Assembly: GCA_023379025.1 (NCBI GenBank)
Contig: JAMCTH010000009.1
Coordinates: 213,318 to 277,317, forward strand
Direction of reading: 5' to 3'
Origin: Patescibacteria group bacterium
GTDB lineage: Bacteria; Patescibacteriota; Microgenomatia; UBA10105; UBA927
Length of the DNA: 64,000 bases
The position numbers were made by a program, and so were the translations under genes. Positions 55,203-64,000 of the stretch are shown here, piece by piece. The notes beneath the pieces were generated by a model. It was given only the letters and a program-made list of their open reading frames with translations. It was not told the DNA's origin and did not search any database. The stretch's first letter is position 1. Every line of letters begins with the position of its first letter.

Positions 55203-56615
55203 ATGCAGAGCATTGCCGATCTCCAGCTGCACTCCCGTTTTTCCCGGGCCGTATCAAAAGAGATGACGATTCCGAATATTGCCGCCTGGGCAGCCCGGAA
55301 GGGGATAGACCTCGTTGCTACCGGTGATTGGACGCACCCGCTGTGGTTTCGGGAGATTCAGGAAAATCTTGAAGAGACAGGGAACGGGTTATTGAGATTA
55401 CGAAAGCAGAAATTAGATAATGGAAATCAGAAATTGGTAATAGAAGATAGAAATTTGAATTTAGAGAATAAACCAATTTCCAATTTCAATCAACCTATCT
55501 CTCCTTTTTTTCTTCTTGCGACCGAAGTTTCCAGTATCTACTCCCAGGGCGGGAAACTCCGGCGCGTTCATACGCTCATTTGGGTGCCATCCTTATCGTC
55601 TGCCGGAAAAATCAGCCAGGAGATGACGAAACGGGGCTGCAACCTGCTGAGCGACGGCAGGCCGATCGTCGGGCTTACCTGTCTAGAGATAGCAGAGCTG
55701 GTGTTTACGATAGAACCGAAGGCGCTCATTATCCCCGCCCATGCATGGACACCCTGGTTTAGCGTGTACGGAAGTCTTGGGGGATTTGACCGTCTCGAAG
55801 AGGCGTTCGGACCGTTTGCAAAATATATCTATGCCGTTGAGACGGGCTTATCAAGTAATCCTGCTATGAATTGGCGGATTAAAGAACTGGATGACCGGTC
55901 GATTGTCTCTTTTTCTGATGCGCACTCCGGCCCAAAAATCGGAAGGGAAGCAACGGTATTTGAGATGCCGTCCGGTGCAGTGAGCTATGAAACGGTGTAC
56001 CAGGCGATTAAATGCTCTCCGCATGCAAAAATTGCCTATACGCTTGAGTTTTATCCGGAGGAGGGGAAATACCATTACACCGGCCACCGGGCCTGCGGTA
56101 TCCGGTGGAGTCCGGCGGAGACGAAACAAAAAGGGACGACCTGTCCGGTTTGCGGTAAGCCGCTCACACAGGGTGTGATGCAGCGCATTGAGGAGCTTGC
56201 CGGACGAAGCGAAGAAGATTTAAAGCTTGAGGCAGTTACGCTTCCTGATGTGAAAGCAACCGCTACCGGCAGCAACGCCTTTCCTCATCGACCGCCGTTT
56301 GTCATGCTGGTGCCGCTTCAGGAAATTATTGCTGAAGCGGTCGGGTCACCGGTAACAAGTCCAAAAGTCCAAACCCCTTACAGACAGCTGACAGAGGCTC
56401 TGGGTGGTGAGTTTACGGTCCTCCTCCGTTCTGATATCAAAGACATTGAACGGGTTGCCGGCGCACGGATTGCCGCCGGGGTCGATAAGGTGCGGCGCGG
56501 GGATATCGTTATAGACCCGGGATATGACGGAGTATTCGGGGTCGTCAGGATATGGCGGGACGGGGAAGAAAAACCTCTGCTTGACGCATCCAGAGAACAG
56601 CTTTCCATATTCTGA
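55203..56615 (+). CDS. EndoQ-like PHP-domain nuclease with C-terminal zinc finger
   Basis: N-terminal ADLQLHSRFS (PHP motif as in archaeal endonuclease Q), zinc ribbon TTCPVCGKPL; contains an AT-rich in-frame insertion at 55381-55500. Confidence 0.5.
   Translation: MQSIADLQLHSRFSRAVSKEMTIPNIAAWAARKGIDLVATGDWTHPLWFREIQENLEETGNGLLRLRKQKLDNGNQKLVIEDRNLNLENKPISNFNQPISPFFLLATEVSSIYSQGGKLRRVHTLIWVPSLSSAGKISQEMTKRGCNLLSDGRPIVGLTCLEIAELVFTIEPKALIIPAHAWTPWFSVYGSLGGFDRLEEAFGPFAKYIYAVETGLSSNPAMNWRIKELDDRSIVSFSDAHSGPKIGREATVFEMPSGAVSYETVYQAIKCSPHAKIAYTLEFYPEEGKYHYTGHRACGIRWSPAETKQKGTTCPVCGKPLTQGVMQRIEELAGRSEEDLKLEAVTLPDVKATATGSNAFPHRPPFVMLVPLQEIIAEAVGSPVTSPKVQTPYRQLTEALGGEFTVLLRSDIKDIERVAGARIAAGVDKVRRGDIVIDPGYDGVFGVVRIWRDGEEKPLLDASREQLSIF
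55473..55494 (+). repeat. 22-nt motif copy 1: CCAATTTCCAATTTCAATCAAC (inside EndoQ-like CDS)
   Basis: Near-identical to copies at 58764-58785 (+) and 61811-61832 (-); inverted partner GAAATTGG at 55430-55437. Confidence 0.45.
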
Positions 56616-56714
56616 TTGTTCTATTGACGGGCAATTTATAGCCATGATATGGTGAGTACAGAGATACTCTTTCGTACGCGAGGCACAGCGGAGGAGGAGA
56701 GGAGGTGATCGGAC

Positions 56715-57044
56715 ATGGCAGAAGCAAAAGGAAACGAAAACCTGATGGCAGCGGCAGCGTATTTGTTGGGTTTTGTGACCGGCATCATCATTCTTCTTAT
56801 CGAGAAACAGAGTAAATTTGTACGCTTTCATGCAATGCAGTCGACCATTCTGTTCGGCGGCATATTCGTTGCAAATATCGTTTTGGGATTCATACCGATT
56901 CTCGGATGGATCGTCGGGCTGGTCTTGTCGCTTGTTGCATTTATTCTCTGGATCGTCCTCATGTGGAAAGCATTCCAGGGAGAGATGTATAAAGTGCCCT
57001 ACGTGGGAGACATGGCGGCACAGCAGCTGGCAAAGATGAAATAA
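56715..57044 (+). CDS. DUF4870-like small membrane protein
   Basis: MAEAKGNENLMAAAAYLLGFVTGIIILLIEK...FHAMQS pattern typical of DUF4870. Confidence 0.5.
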   Translation: MAEAKGNENLMAAAAYLLGFVTGIIILLIEKQSKFVRFHAMQSTILFGGIFVANIVLGFIPILGWIVGLVLSLVAFILWIVLMWKAFQGEMYKVPYVGDMAAQQLAKMK

Positions 57045-57117
57045 GCCGGGTCATCATGTTCGGCATGATGGACGCTGATTTTGTTGTGCTACTCTGGCGC
57101 TATGAGGGGGTGCTGCA

Positions 57118-57768
57118 GTGATGTTCGAAAATCGTATCGAAGCCGGCTTCTTGCTTTCACAGAACTTATCTCCTGTTAGTTCTCCGCTCGGTCTCATTTT
57201 GGGAGTGACGCGCGGCGGTGTTGTTGTTGCTGCGGAAGTAGCCCGGCGGTTACGGTTGCCGCTTGATATAGTAGTCGTGAAAAAACTCGGGGTACCGGGC
57301 GAACCGGAATTGGCGTTCGGCGCCGTGGCACCGGATGGCATCTTTTGGGTGGACCGGGATATGGTCAGGGAAAGACACCTCAATGAAGCTTCTGTTGCCC
57401 ATATGATCGGAACGCTCGGCCGCGAGGCAGCGCGTGCGATGCGTCGCTACAGGCACGGCATGACGTTTGCCGATATGCCGGGGAGGGATGTGAGCCTTGT
57501 GGACGACGGGGCGGCAACAGGCGCAACGCTTACCGCGGCAGTGCTTTGGGTGAGAAAGCAACGGCCTGCGTCCGTCTCTCTTGGAATACCCGTCGCCTCG
57601 AAAGATGCAGCAACGGCGCTCCATCAGTGCAGTGACCGGGCCGTTATCCTCGACGTACCGGATGACTTCCGTGCCGTCGGACAATTTTATCGATCATTTC
57701 CGCAGGTTCAGGATCAGGACGTGATAGCATTGGTCAAACAGTATCATGCGCCGGCAGCAGCGGGATAA
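57118..57768 (+). CDS. phosphoribosyltransferase-domain protein
   Basis: PRT-type motif DVSLVDDGAATGATL. Confidence 0.5.
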   Translation: MMFENRIEAGFLLSQNLSPVSSPLGLILGVTRGGVVVAAEVARRLRLPLDIVVVKKLGVPGEPELAFGAVAPDGIFWVDRDMVRERHLNEASVAHMIGTLGREAARAMRRYRHGMTFADMPGRDVSLVDDGAATGATLTAAVLWVRKQRPASVSLGIPVASKDAATALHQCSDRAVILDVPDDFRAVGQFYRSFPQVQDQDVIALVKQYHAPAAAG

Positions 57769-57788
57769 TCGTTTTTTCCAGAACAGCT

Positions 57789-58379
57789 ATGAATATTATT
57801 GTCGGCCTGGGGAATCCGGGAACAAAATTTGAGGGAACGCGCCATAATATCGGATTTATGGTTGTCGATCTGTTGGCGCGGGAGATTTCTTCTTCTCCGA
57901 CCCGATGGCAGTCGGATCGACAAACAGAATGTGAATTAGTCCGCATCGGTGACGTGATCCTCGTAAAACCGCAGGTGTTCATGAATAATTCAGGACTGGC
58001 AGTCGGGAAACTGGCCCGATATTACAAGACTTCGCCCGAACATATTTGGCTTATTCATGATGATATAGATTTGCCGCTTGGGAAGATCAGGATTCGCGAA
58101 AAAGGAGGAAGCGGCGGACACCATGGCGTCGCATCGGTCATGCACGCTTTGGGGAGCGACGCTTTTATCCGTTTTCGGCTTGGTATCGGAAGAGGGAAAG
58201 ACTATCCTTCAGCGTCCGGAGACCGTAATCTTCACCACCGGTCCGTCATCAATTTTGTCCTGTCGCGGTTCAAAGAACGTGAGGCCGGGAGCCTTAAACA
58301 TCTTGTGCACCGCGGTACCGAAGCGGTCAGAATGGCGCTGACGGAAGGGTTGGATCAGGCCATGAACCGGTATAATTAG
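57789..58379 (+). CDS. pth: peptidyl-tRNA hydrolase
   Basis: MNIIVGLGNPGTKFEGTRHNIGFMVVD canonical Pth N-terminus. Confidence 0.85.
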   Translation: MNIIVGLGNPGTKFEGTRHNIGFMVVDLLAREISSSPTRWQSDRQTECELVRIGDVILVKPQVFMNNSGLAVGKLARYYKTSPEHIWLIHDDIDLPLGKIRIREKGGSGGHHGVASVMHALGSDAFIRFRLGIGRGKDYPSASGDRNLHHRSVINFVLSRFKEREAGSLKHLVHRGTEAVRMALTEGLDQAMNRYN

Positions 58380-58396
58380 CCGGACGGTCCGGAGCG

Positions 58397-58672
58397 GTGA
58401 CGGAGGAGCGTATGCAAAAGATTGCGCAGATTCTTACGGCATTTAATCCGCTGGAAGATAAATATATTTCCCGGGAGTTCCAGTCCTACGGAATCTACCT
58501 TGCTGAAACCCTCGGCGACTATAAACATAAAGCACTCTATATCCGTCTGGCAAAGACCGTCCCCCGGGCCGTACTTGAAAAAGCACTTTCGTTTGTGAAA
58601 GACAGCCAGGCGAAGAGCAAGGCAAAACTTTTTATGTGGAAGATGGCCAAATTAAAGAGAGGAGAGGAATAG
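58397..58672 (+). CDS. hypothetical protein
   Basis: 91-aa ORF downstream of pth. Confidence 0.3.
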   Translation: MTEERMQKIAQILTAFNPLEDKYISREFQSYGIYLAETLGDYKHKALYIRLAKTVPRAVLEKALSFVKDSQAKSKAKLFMWKMAKLKRGEE

Positions 58673-58763
58673 GGCTGAACTAGAAATTCGTTGATGGAAC
58701 ATGGAAAGCTGTAAATACACAGGGGATTTTGATGACTGATTGTTATAACCAAGGTTCATTTTT

Positions 58764-58785
58764 CAAATTTCCAATTTCGATCAAC
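58764..58785 (+). repeat. 22-nt motif copy 2: CAAATTTCCAATTTCGATCAAC (upstream of acyP)
   Basis: See copy 1. Confidence 0.45.
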
Positions 58786-58809
58786 TTATATCCATTTTCG
58801 CTTCACGCT

Positions 58810-59082
58810 ATGTCTCGGGTACACCTTATCATTTCCGGTCAGGTTCAGGGTGTGGGTTTTCGGTCCTGGGTCGGCCGGTTTGCGGAAAAGAAGACTCTGA
58901 CCGGGTGGGTCAGAAACCGCCAGGACGGCGCGGTCGAGATCGTTGCCGAAGGCGGGAAACAGGACCTTGATGCGCTTATTGTCGTTTGCCGCCGCGGCCC
59001 GGAGCCTGGCTGGGTGGACGACGTTTCCGTGCGGTGGTTATCAGCTACCGGGGAATTCCATGCGTTTGCCGTGCTATACTGA
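58810..59082 (+). CDS. acyP: acylphosphatase
   Basis: VHLIISGQVQGVGFRSWV signature; start trimmed to MSRVH. Confidence 0.7.
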   Translation: MSRVHLIISGQVQGVGFRSWVGRFAEKKTLTGWVRNRQDGAVEIVAEGGKQDLDALIVVCRRGPEPGWVDDVSVRWLSATGEFHAFAVLY

Positions 59083-59113
59083 AAAGAAGGAGATATATTC
59101 CGAGAAACACGTT

Positions 59114-59578
59114 ATGGTACCAAAACTTCGCGCGCTTATAGAGAGGAAGCCGTTGGCTTTTCTGATCCTGAGTATCCTGTACCTTGCGCTTTTGGTGCTG
59201 TTCCGGTGGGGCGTGCATCCGACCGTTGAGATTCTCTGGTTCTTATGTGGCGGGATATTCGGGATCTATTTTCTGGATATTGCGGAGGTCTTTTTTTCTC
59301 TCAGACCTTCGCCGTTTCGATCGGTCTTTTTTGAAGCACCATTTGCGCTCGTCTGTGCATTTGTGGTGACTTCCTCCGGCAGTATGTTTGCCAGCGGGCT
59401 CGTGCTTTCCATTTTGGAAACGATATTGCTCTGGCAGGTGGGGGAGTGGCGTGTGACCGGCGCACTGAACGGTTGGTTTGCCTTGATGGCTGCTCCCGTA
59501 ACGCTGCGTGTCCAGCGATGGACCGTCATTATCTCTGTCATCCTGTTCTTTCTGATGAGCGTGTTGTTTGTCCGTTAA
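59114..59578 (+). CDS. polytopic membrane protein, unknown function
   Basis: Four hydrophobic helices; start trimmed to MVPKL. Confidence 0.35.
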   Translation: MVPKLRALIERKPLAFLILSILYLALLVLFRWGVHPTVEILWFLCGGIFGIYFLDIAEVFFSLRPSPFRSVFFEAPFALVCAFVVTSSGSMFASGLVLSILETILLWQVGEWRVTGALNGWFALMAAPVTLRVQRWTVIISVILFFLMSVLFVR

Positions 59579-59583
59579 TCTCC

Positions 59584-60054
59584 ATGATCGCGTCCGAATC
59601 ACCGCTTTGGCACTACCTAAGTCCCCAGCAGCAGAGTCTTCTCAGGGACGGTTTTCATTTGTTGGAAGACAGAAAGCTTCACCCTACCGAGCGTTTGAGT
59701 GATTACTCCTATCTCGTATTCCCCTTTGCGAAAGCCTATGAAGGTTTTTTGAAACAATGGCTCCGAGATATCCGTATCATTACCGACCGCGACTATCACA
59801 GTGACCATTTCCGCGTCGGCAAAGTGCTCAGTCCGAACCTAGAGCGGCGGCTTGGCCCGAGAAGCGCATTCAGAGAGATAAAAGAGCGGTTCGGCGACGA
59901 TCTCGCGCTTCACGTATGGCAGACGTGGAAAGAGGCGCGAAACCTGGTGTTTCATTATTTTCCGCACAACTATCGGGCACTTACGTATGAGCAGGCGGAA
60001 AAGCTTACGACTCTTATCACCTTGACTATGGAAGCGTGTGTGAGTCTGAAGTAG
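59584..60054 (+). CDS. hypothetical protein
   Basis: ORF trimmed to MIASESPLWHY; no motifs recognised. Confidence 0.3.
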   Translation: MIASESPLWHYLSPQQQSLLRDGFHLLEDRKLHPTERLSDYSYLVFPFAKAYEGFLKQWLRDIRIITDRDYHSDHFRVGKVLSPNLERRLGPRSAFREIKERFGDDLALHVWQTWKEARNLVFHYFPHNYRALTYEQAEKLTTLITLTMEACVSLK

Positions 60055-60084
60055 CTGGGCTTGTAAGAAGACTCACGTCTTGCA

Positions 60085-60789
60085 TTGCCGGCTAAACCAC
60101 GCTATCGTAAAGCTATGGCAAAAAAGGCCAAAACTGCCGCACGGAATACAACGACGGAGCCGGTGTACCAGTTGTGGGCCTGGATACTTCTCGTGTGGAG
60201 CCTGTACCGGTATTTTGCCCGCTTCCCCGAATGGGTAGACGAATTTATCTTTAAACCGCTGGTGTTTGTGGGACCGGTCCTCTGGTATGTCGGAAAGGTA
60301 GAGAAGCGGACGCTTGAATCCATAGGACTAACGACAAAAAATTTTTTTACCAACCTCTACATCGGCATCGGCATAGGGTTTCTTTTTGCCGTTGAAGGAA
60401 TTGCGGCAAATGCCCTCAAATACGGCCATGTACAGATTGTCCCGATTCAGGCGCTTCAACAATACGGCGTTGTCATGCTGCTTCTCCTGTCGGCGGCAAC
60501 CGCCTTTTCGGAGGAGCTCCTGAGCCGGGGTTTTGTCTTCAGGCGGCTTCTCGAGCGGACGAAGAATCTCCCGTTTGCCATAGGGATGTCTACCATCCTG
60601 TTTGTCCTGCTGCACATTCCGATTCTCGTAACGGCGCTGAATCTTCACGGTCCGACGCTTGTCCTCTTTTTTGTAACGGATTTTGTATTGGGATGTGCCA
60701 ACGCGCTCATGTTCTATAACACCGGGTCACTGGTTGCCCCGATCCTCATGCATGTATTCTGGAACATGACGGTTGCGCTGTATCTCTAA
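60085..60789 (+). CDS. CPBP-family intramembrane metalloprotease (CAAX protease/Abi)
   Basis: EExxxR motif FSEELLSRGFVFRRL and conserved His-containing helices (LLHIPIL, MHVFWN). Confidence 0.65.
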   Translation: MPAKPRYRKAMAKKAKTAARNTTTEPVYQLWAWILLVWSLYRYFARFPEWVDEFIFKPLVFVGPVLWYVGKVEKRTLESIGLTTKNFFTNLYIGIGIGFLFAVEGIAANALKYGHVQIVPIQALQQYGVVMLLLLSAATAFSEELLSRGFVFRRLLERTKNLPFAIGMSTILFVLLHIPILVTALNLHGPTLVLFFVTDFVLGCANALMFYNTGSLVAPILMHVFWNMTVALYL

Positions 60790-60863
60790 CGTATTGCTTA
60801 CGTAAGAACACTATTCTTCCGGAGTAATTCCGAGGTATTTCCGACCAACGGAGTTTTTGAAGA

Positions 60864-61298
60864 TCAGGCAATCGTGTTTTTCAGAGATGTCAGATACGCC
60901 TCGAACTGCCGGAGCCCGTCGTTCCGATCAGAGAAAGGGATCTCATGTTTTATCGCCGGACACCCCCGGAGCATCCGTGATATTTTTTTCGAATTTTCGT
61001 ACAGAAGACACACGGGAATATTGTGCCGGTAGGCGTATTCAATCTCAATACCGGTGCCGGTTGAAGGTTCTCCGACATAAGCAACCATAATATCGCTGTC
61101 TGTCAGTTCCTGGATGTCTCTTTTGTATACATCTGCCGGGGTGACATTGGGGTTTTTGATGGGATCCGTTCCGTTGAGGAATGCCCAAAAATAGGAAAAG
61201 CCCGCCGTACGGGCAACATTCGCAAGTTTTACATAAAATGCTTTTGTATCATCCGGATTGCGAAGATCGGTCAGCGGACCGGCAAAAAATATTCTCAT
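60864..61298 (-). CDS. nucleoside 2-deoxyribosyltransferase-like protein
   Basis: MRIFFAGPL N-terminus and GTxIEIEYAY pattern reminiscent of the NDT/PF05014 family; weak. Confidence 0.45.
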   Translation of the reverse strand: MRIFFAGPLTDLRNPDDTKAFYVKLANVARTAGFSYFWAFLNGTDPIKNPNVTPADVYKRDIQELTDSDIMVAYVGEPSTGTGIEIEYAYRHNIPVCLLYENSKKISRMLRGCPAIKHEIPFSDRNDGLRQFEAYLTSLKNTIA

Positions 61299-61475
61299 AT
61301 GACTCCATAGAAACAAAGAAACGCCTGTCTGTCATGGCTGGCAGATCAGGGTTACCTAATATCCATAAGTATACACAATACCGTGGAGTTCGATCAAACG
61401 GCCCCTTTCAGAGCATTGGTAATCGTGGTACACTGATAGTCTCAGACAGGCAGAATACGGAAAGGAGAGCGTGCT

Positions 61476-61799
61476 ATGGCAGACATTACGGTGACCGACC
61501 AAAATTTTGATACCGAGGTCATACAAAGCGGCAAACCCGTGCTTGTGGATTTCTGGGCGGCGTGGTGCGGCCCGTGTCGGATGCAGAGTCCGATCCTCGA
61601 AGAGGTGGCCAAGACTCTGGACGGAAAAGCCACGATTGGTAAACTCAATGTTGATGATAACCCCGCCTCCGCCCAGCGGTTCGGCGTCATGAGCATTCCG
61701 ACCCTCATGATCTTCAAAAACGGCACGGTCGTCAAGCAATTTATCGGTGTGCAGAGCAAGGACACCCTGCTTGGAGAACTCAATAAGCTGATAAATTAA
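61476..61799 (+). CDS. trxA: thioredoxin
   Basis: WCGPC active site (FWAAWCGPCRM). Confidence 0.85.
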   Translation: MADITVTDQNFDTEVIQSGKPVLVDFWAAWCGPCRMQSPILEEVAKTLDGKATIGKLNVDDNPASAQRFGVMSIPTLMIFKNGTVVKQFIGVQSKDTLLGELNKLIN

Positions 61800-61810
61800 A
61801 TTAGAAAATC

Positions 61811-61832
61811 GTTGGTAGAAATTGGAAATTGG
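61811..61832 (-). repeat. 22-nt motif copy 3 (reverse complement CCAATTTCCAATTTCTACCAAC), trxA-trxB intergenic
   Basis: See copy 1. Confidence 0.45.
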
Positions 61833-61936
61833 TACCCGAAGTCCGAAAATCGGAATTGGGAGTGAATCTTTTTTCCAGTTCCTATGTTCTGTTACGAATT
61901 TCTCTTCTCCATCAACGAATTTCCAACTTCTCTGGT

Positions 61937-62953
61937 ATGATTTATGACGTCATTATCATAGGCTCCGGGCCTTCCGGACTGACCGCGGGAATATACAGTA
62001 CCCGCTTGGGACTCCATCCGCTCATCATTGCCGGACAGACGTGGGGCGGCCAGCTTATGCTGACGACCGATGTGGAGAATTACCCCGGCTACCGGAAAAT
62101 CACCGGGCCGGAACTCATGCAGAAGATGCGTGATCAGGCAGAAGGACTCGGCGTGGAAATCGTCGACGCGGATTGTACGAGACTCGAGACAAAGGAACGG
62201 CCGTTTCATGTAGCCGTAGGGGACAAAATATTTGAAGGGAAAACGGTCATCGTTGCCACCGGTGCGGATACGCGCTGGCTGGATGTGCCAAACGAAGGAA
62301 AACTCCGGGGACGGGGCGTATCTTCCTGCGCTCCGTGCGATGCGTTTTTTTTCCGAGGCAAACCGGTTGCCGTGGTCGGCGGCGGAGACAGCGCCATGGA
62401 AGAAACCCAGGTGATCGCAAAAGTAAGCCCTGATGTGGTTCTCATACACCGGCGTGACGAATTCCGAGCGCAGCCGGCAATGGTGGCAAAAGTATCAGCC
62501 CTTCCGCAGGTAAAACTGCTGTATAACACGCGGGTCGTCGATGTTCTGGGGGACACGGTGCTTACGGGACTTTTGCTGGAAACGGGGACACTTTCTCCAA
62601 AACAGCAGGTTGGGAGCCTGCCGGAACTTGTGGCCAAATTCGGAGGGGAACAGAAAAGCGGGACGCAGTGGATTCTGCCGCGTTCCGGCGTCTTTGTCGC
62701 CATCGGCCTTATCCCCAATACGGACCGTTTTCCGGGACTTACGCTTGATGCCCATGGAAATATCGTCCGGTATGAGGAAAAAGACGGGCAGGGGATGCTT
62801 TCCTACTTTACGAAAACCAATATTCCCGGGGTATTTACCGCCGGAGATGTCCATGACGGACGGTATAAGCAGGCAATTACCGCCGCCGCATTCGGCTGTA
62901 TGGCTGCACTTGACGTGGCGCGGTGGTTGTCGGAAACCGATACACATACATGA
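61937..62953 (+). CDS. trxB: thioredoxin-disulfide reductase
   Basis: FAD motif IIGSGPSGLTAG, redox-active CAPCD, NADPH motif VVGGGDSAME; start trimmed to MIYDV. Confidence 0.75.
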   Translation: MIYDVIIIGSGPSGLTAGIYSTRLGLHPLIIAGQTWGGQLMLTTDVENYPGYRKITGPELMQKMRDQAEGLGVEIVDADCTRLETKERPFHVAVGDKIFEGKTVIVATGADTRWLDVPNEGKLRGRGVSSCAPCDAFFFRGKPVAVVGGGDSAMEETQVIAKVSPDVVLIHRRDEFRAQPAMVAKVSALPQVKLLYNTRVVDVLGDTVLTGLLLETGTLSPKQQVGSLPELVAKFGGEQKSGTQWILPRSGVFVAIGLIPNTDRFPGLTLDAHGNIVRYEEKDGQGMLSYFTKTNIPGVFTAGDVHDGRYKQAITAAAFGCMAALDVARWLSETDTHT

Positions 62954-63654
62954 CGCCGCAACGCAATACCGGAACGGTTGATGCCGTTACCCATCTGGCA
63001 AGCACGTTTTATCTCGCGCGCTTCCGTATGAGTGATCCGGAGGCATTTACGTTTCGTGCCGGACAATATGTCATATTTCAGCTTCCTCCGCCGAAACTCC
63101 GACACACCATGTCCATTGCTTCGGACCCCAAAGACCGGGAACACATAGAGATTCTCCAGGGTGTTGTGCCCGGCGGTCTGGGGTCGGAATGGCTCTTACA
63201 TCTTCAACCCGGAGACCCGGTTTCTTTTCTCGGCCCGCTCGGGAAGTTTGCGGTTCAGAAAGAAAGCCCGAGAAAAAAAGTATTTGTTGCAACCGGCTGC
63301 GGGATCGCTCCGTTTCTGCCCATGATCGCCGATTACCATGAAAGCGGAGGCGGCGCCAGGACAATGCTCTATTGGGGACTGCGGCACGAGGAAGATATTT
63401 TTTGGAAGGATGAGTTTAACCGTCTTGCGGCTTCCTATCCGGCATTTTCGCATCTTCTCACGCTCTCGCGGCCCGGGGAAGGATGGACGGGGGCGCGGGG
63501 GAGGGTAACGGACTATGTCGTAGAGCGGGAGGAGAAGCCGGCCGAGTCCGAATATTATCTCTGCGGCAACAAGATGATGATTGCCGATATCCGCGCCGAG
63601 CTTGCCACGAGGAAGGTGGCCGCGGACCGGATCTTTACGGAAACGTTTTTTTGA
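62950..63654 (+). CDS. ferredoxin-NADP+ reductase-like FAD/NAD(P)-binding oxidoreductase
   Basis: FAD-binding FRAGQYVIF and C-terminal CGNKMMIADIRAEL typical of FNR-like oxidoreductases; overlaps trxB stop by 4 nt. Confidence 0.5.
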   Translation: MTPQRNTGTVDAVTHLASTFYLARFRMSDPEAFTFRAGQYVIFQLPPPKLRHTMSIASDPKDREHIEILQGVVPGGLGSEWLLHLQPGDPVSFLGPLGKFAVQKESPRKKVFVATGCGIAPFLPMIADYHESGGGARTMLYWGLRHEEDIFWKDEFNRLAASYPAFSHLLTLSRPGEGWTGARGRVTDYVVEREEKPAESEYYLCGNKMMIADIRAELATRKVAADRIFTETFF

Positions 63655-63673
63655 GATATTTTGAGGGAATCCT

Positions 63674-64000
63674 ATGCATACCAATCCGTTTGAAGGAGCC
63701 ATGGAACAGTTGACCGCCGCGTCGCGCATTTTAGAAGCACGGACCCGGACAAAACGGGAGAAAGAAAGCCTGAAGCGTATCATCGACATTCTTCGGTATC
63801 CCGAGCGCGCGGTTACGGTGCACATCCCAGTCCGTATGGATAACGGAGAGACCCGAATTTTTGAAGGATATCGGGTGCAACACAATAATGTCCGTGGCCC
63901 GTATAAGGGTGGTACGCGATACCACCCGTCAGTCACACTCGATGAGGTGAAAGCGCTTGCGTTTTGGATGGTCATGAAACTTGCGGTGGTTAATGTGCGC
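63674..64000 (+). CDS. gdhA: Glu/Leu/Phe/Val dehydrogenase (glutamate dehydrogenase), 5' partial - runs off the window
   Basis: GYRVQHNNVRGPYKGGTRYHP matches the GDH N-terminal signature; no stop before window end. Confidence 0.7.
   Translation, partial: MHTNPFEGAMEQLTAASRILEARTRTKREKESLKRIIDILRYPERAVTVHIPVRMDNGETRIFEGYRVQHNNVRGPYKGGTRYHPSVTLDEVKALAFWMVMKLAVVNVR

Overview
This 64 kb window reads as a compact bacterial chromosome segment with a GC-rich backbone of roughly 55-60% GC, judged by eye. The gene content looks like the candidate phyla radiation (CPR, Patescibacteria): a DUF4012 protein, a DUF5667-like secreted protein, a GapN-like aldehyde dehydrogenase, an archaeal-type UMP kinase and an intein-bearing B12-dependent ribonucleotide reductase. 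Most of it is housekeeping: rplY, nth, epmA-like next to efp, guaA, nrdR with nrdJ, a PduO-type cobalamin adenosyltransferase, idi, a Xer-like tyrosine recombinase, ftsB, trpS, ftsH, a 5'-3' exonuclease, two ABC-2 transporter pairs, pyrH-like, recF, nnr, a Fic protein, an ATP-dependent DNA ligase, an EndoQ-like PHP nuclease, pth, acyP, trxA and trxB, and a partial gdh at the right edge. Three segments stand out from the backbone. First, 20.5-26.7 kb holds an ORF with a ~400-aa Arg-rich tail in a stretch where both strands carry long ORFs, followed by a Pro-rich protein, a membrane-anchored VirB4/VirD4-like ATPase and an ATP-grasp protein. Second, 29.3-33.0 kb is a low-GC island bounded by a tRNA-Met(CAT) and an initiator-like tRNA(CAT); every intergenic spacer there holds a ~34-nt direct repeat resembling the 3' half of the initiator tRNA, and the genes between them are fragments (radical SAM, MTAN-like, half a methyltransferase) plus an EEP nuclease. 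This is the best candidate for an undescribed mobile or defence-related system. Third, 43.0-47.2 kb is a low-GC, divergently transcribed pair: a protein carrying a PPDK_N nucleotide-binding domain and a HEAT-repeat protein fused to a NadD-like adenylyltransferase. Three tRNAs are called by eye, with anticodons TAT, CAT and CAT (initiator-like C1·A72). A 22-nt motif, CCAATTTCCAATTTC-N3-CAAC, recurs at three unrelated loci, once inside an in-frame AT-rich insertion in the EndoQ-like gene. All coordinates and functions are from manual reading of the translations and sequence; no database search was run. The ORF track includes GTG/TTG starts, so several CDS starts are approximate.
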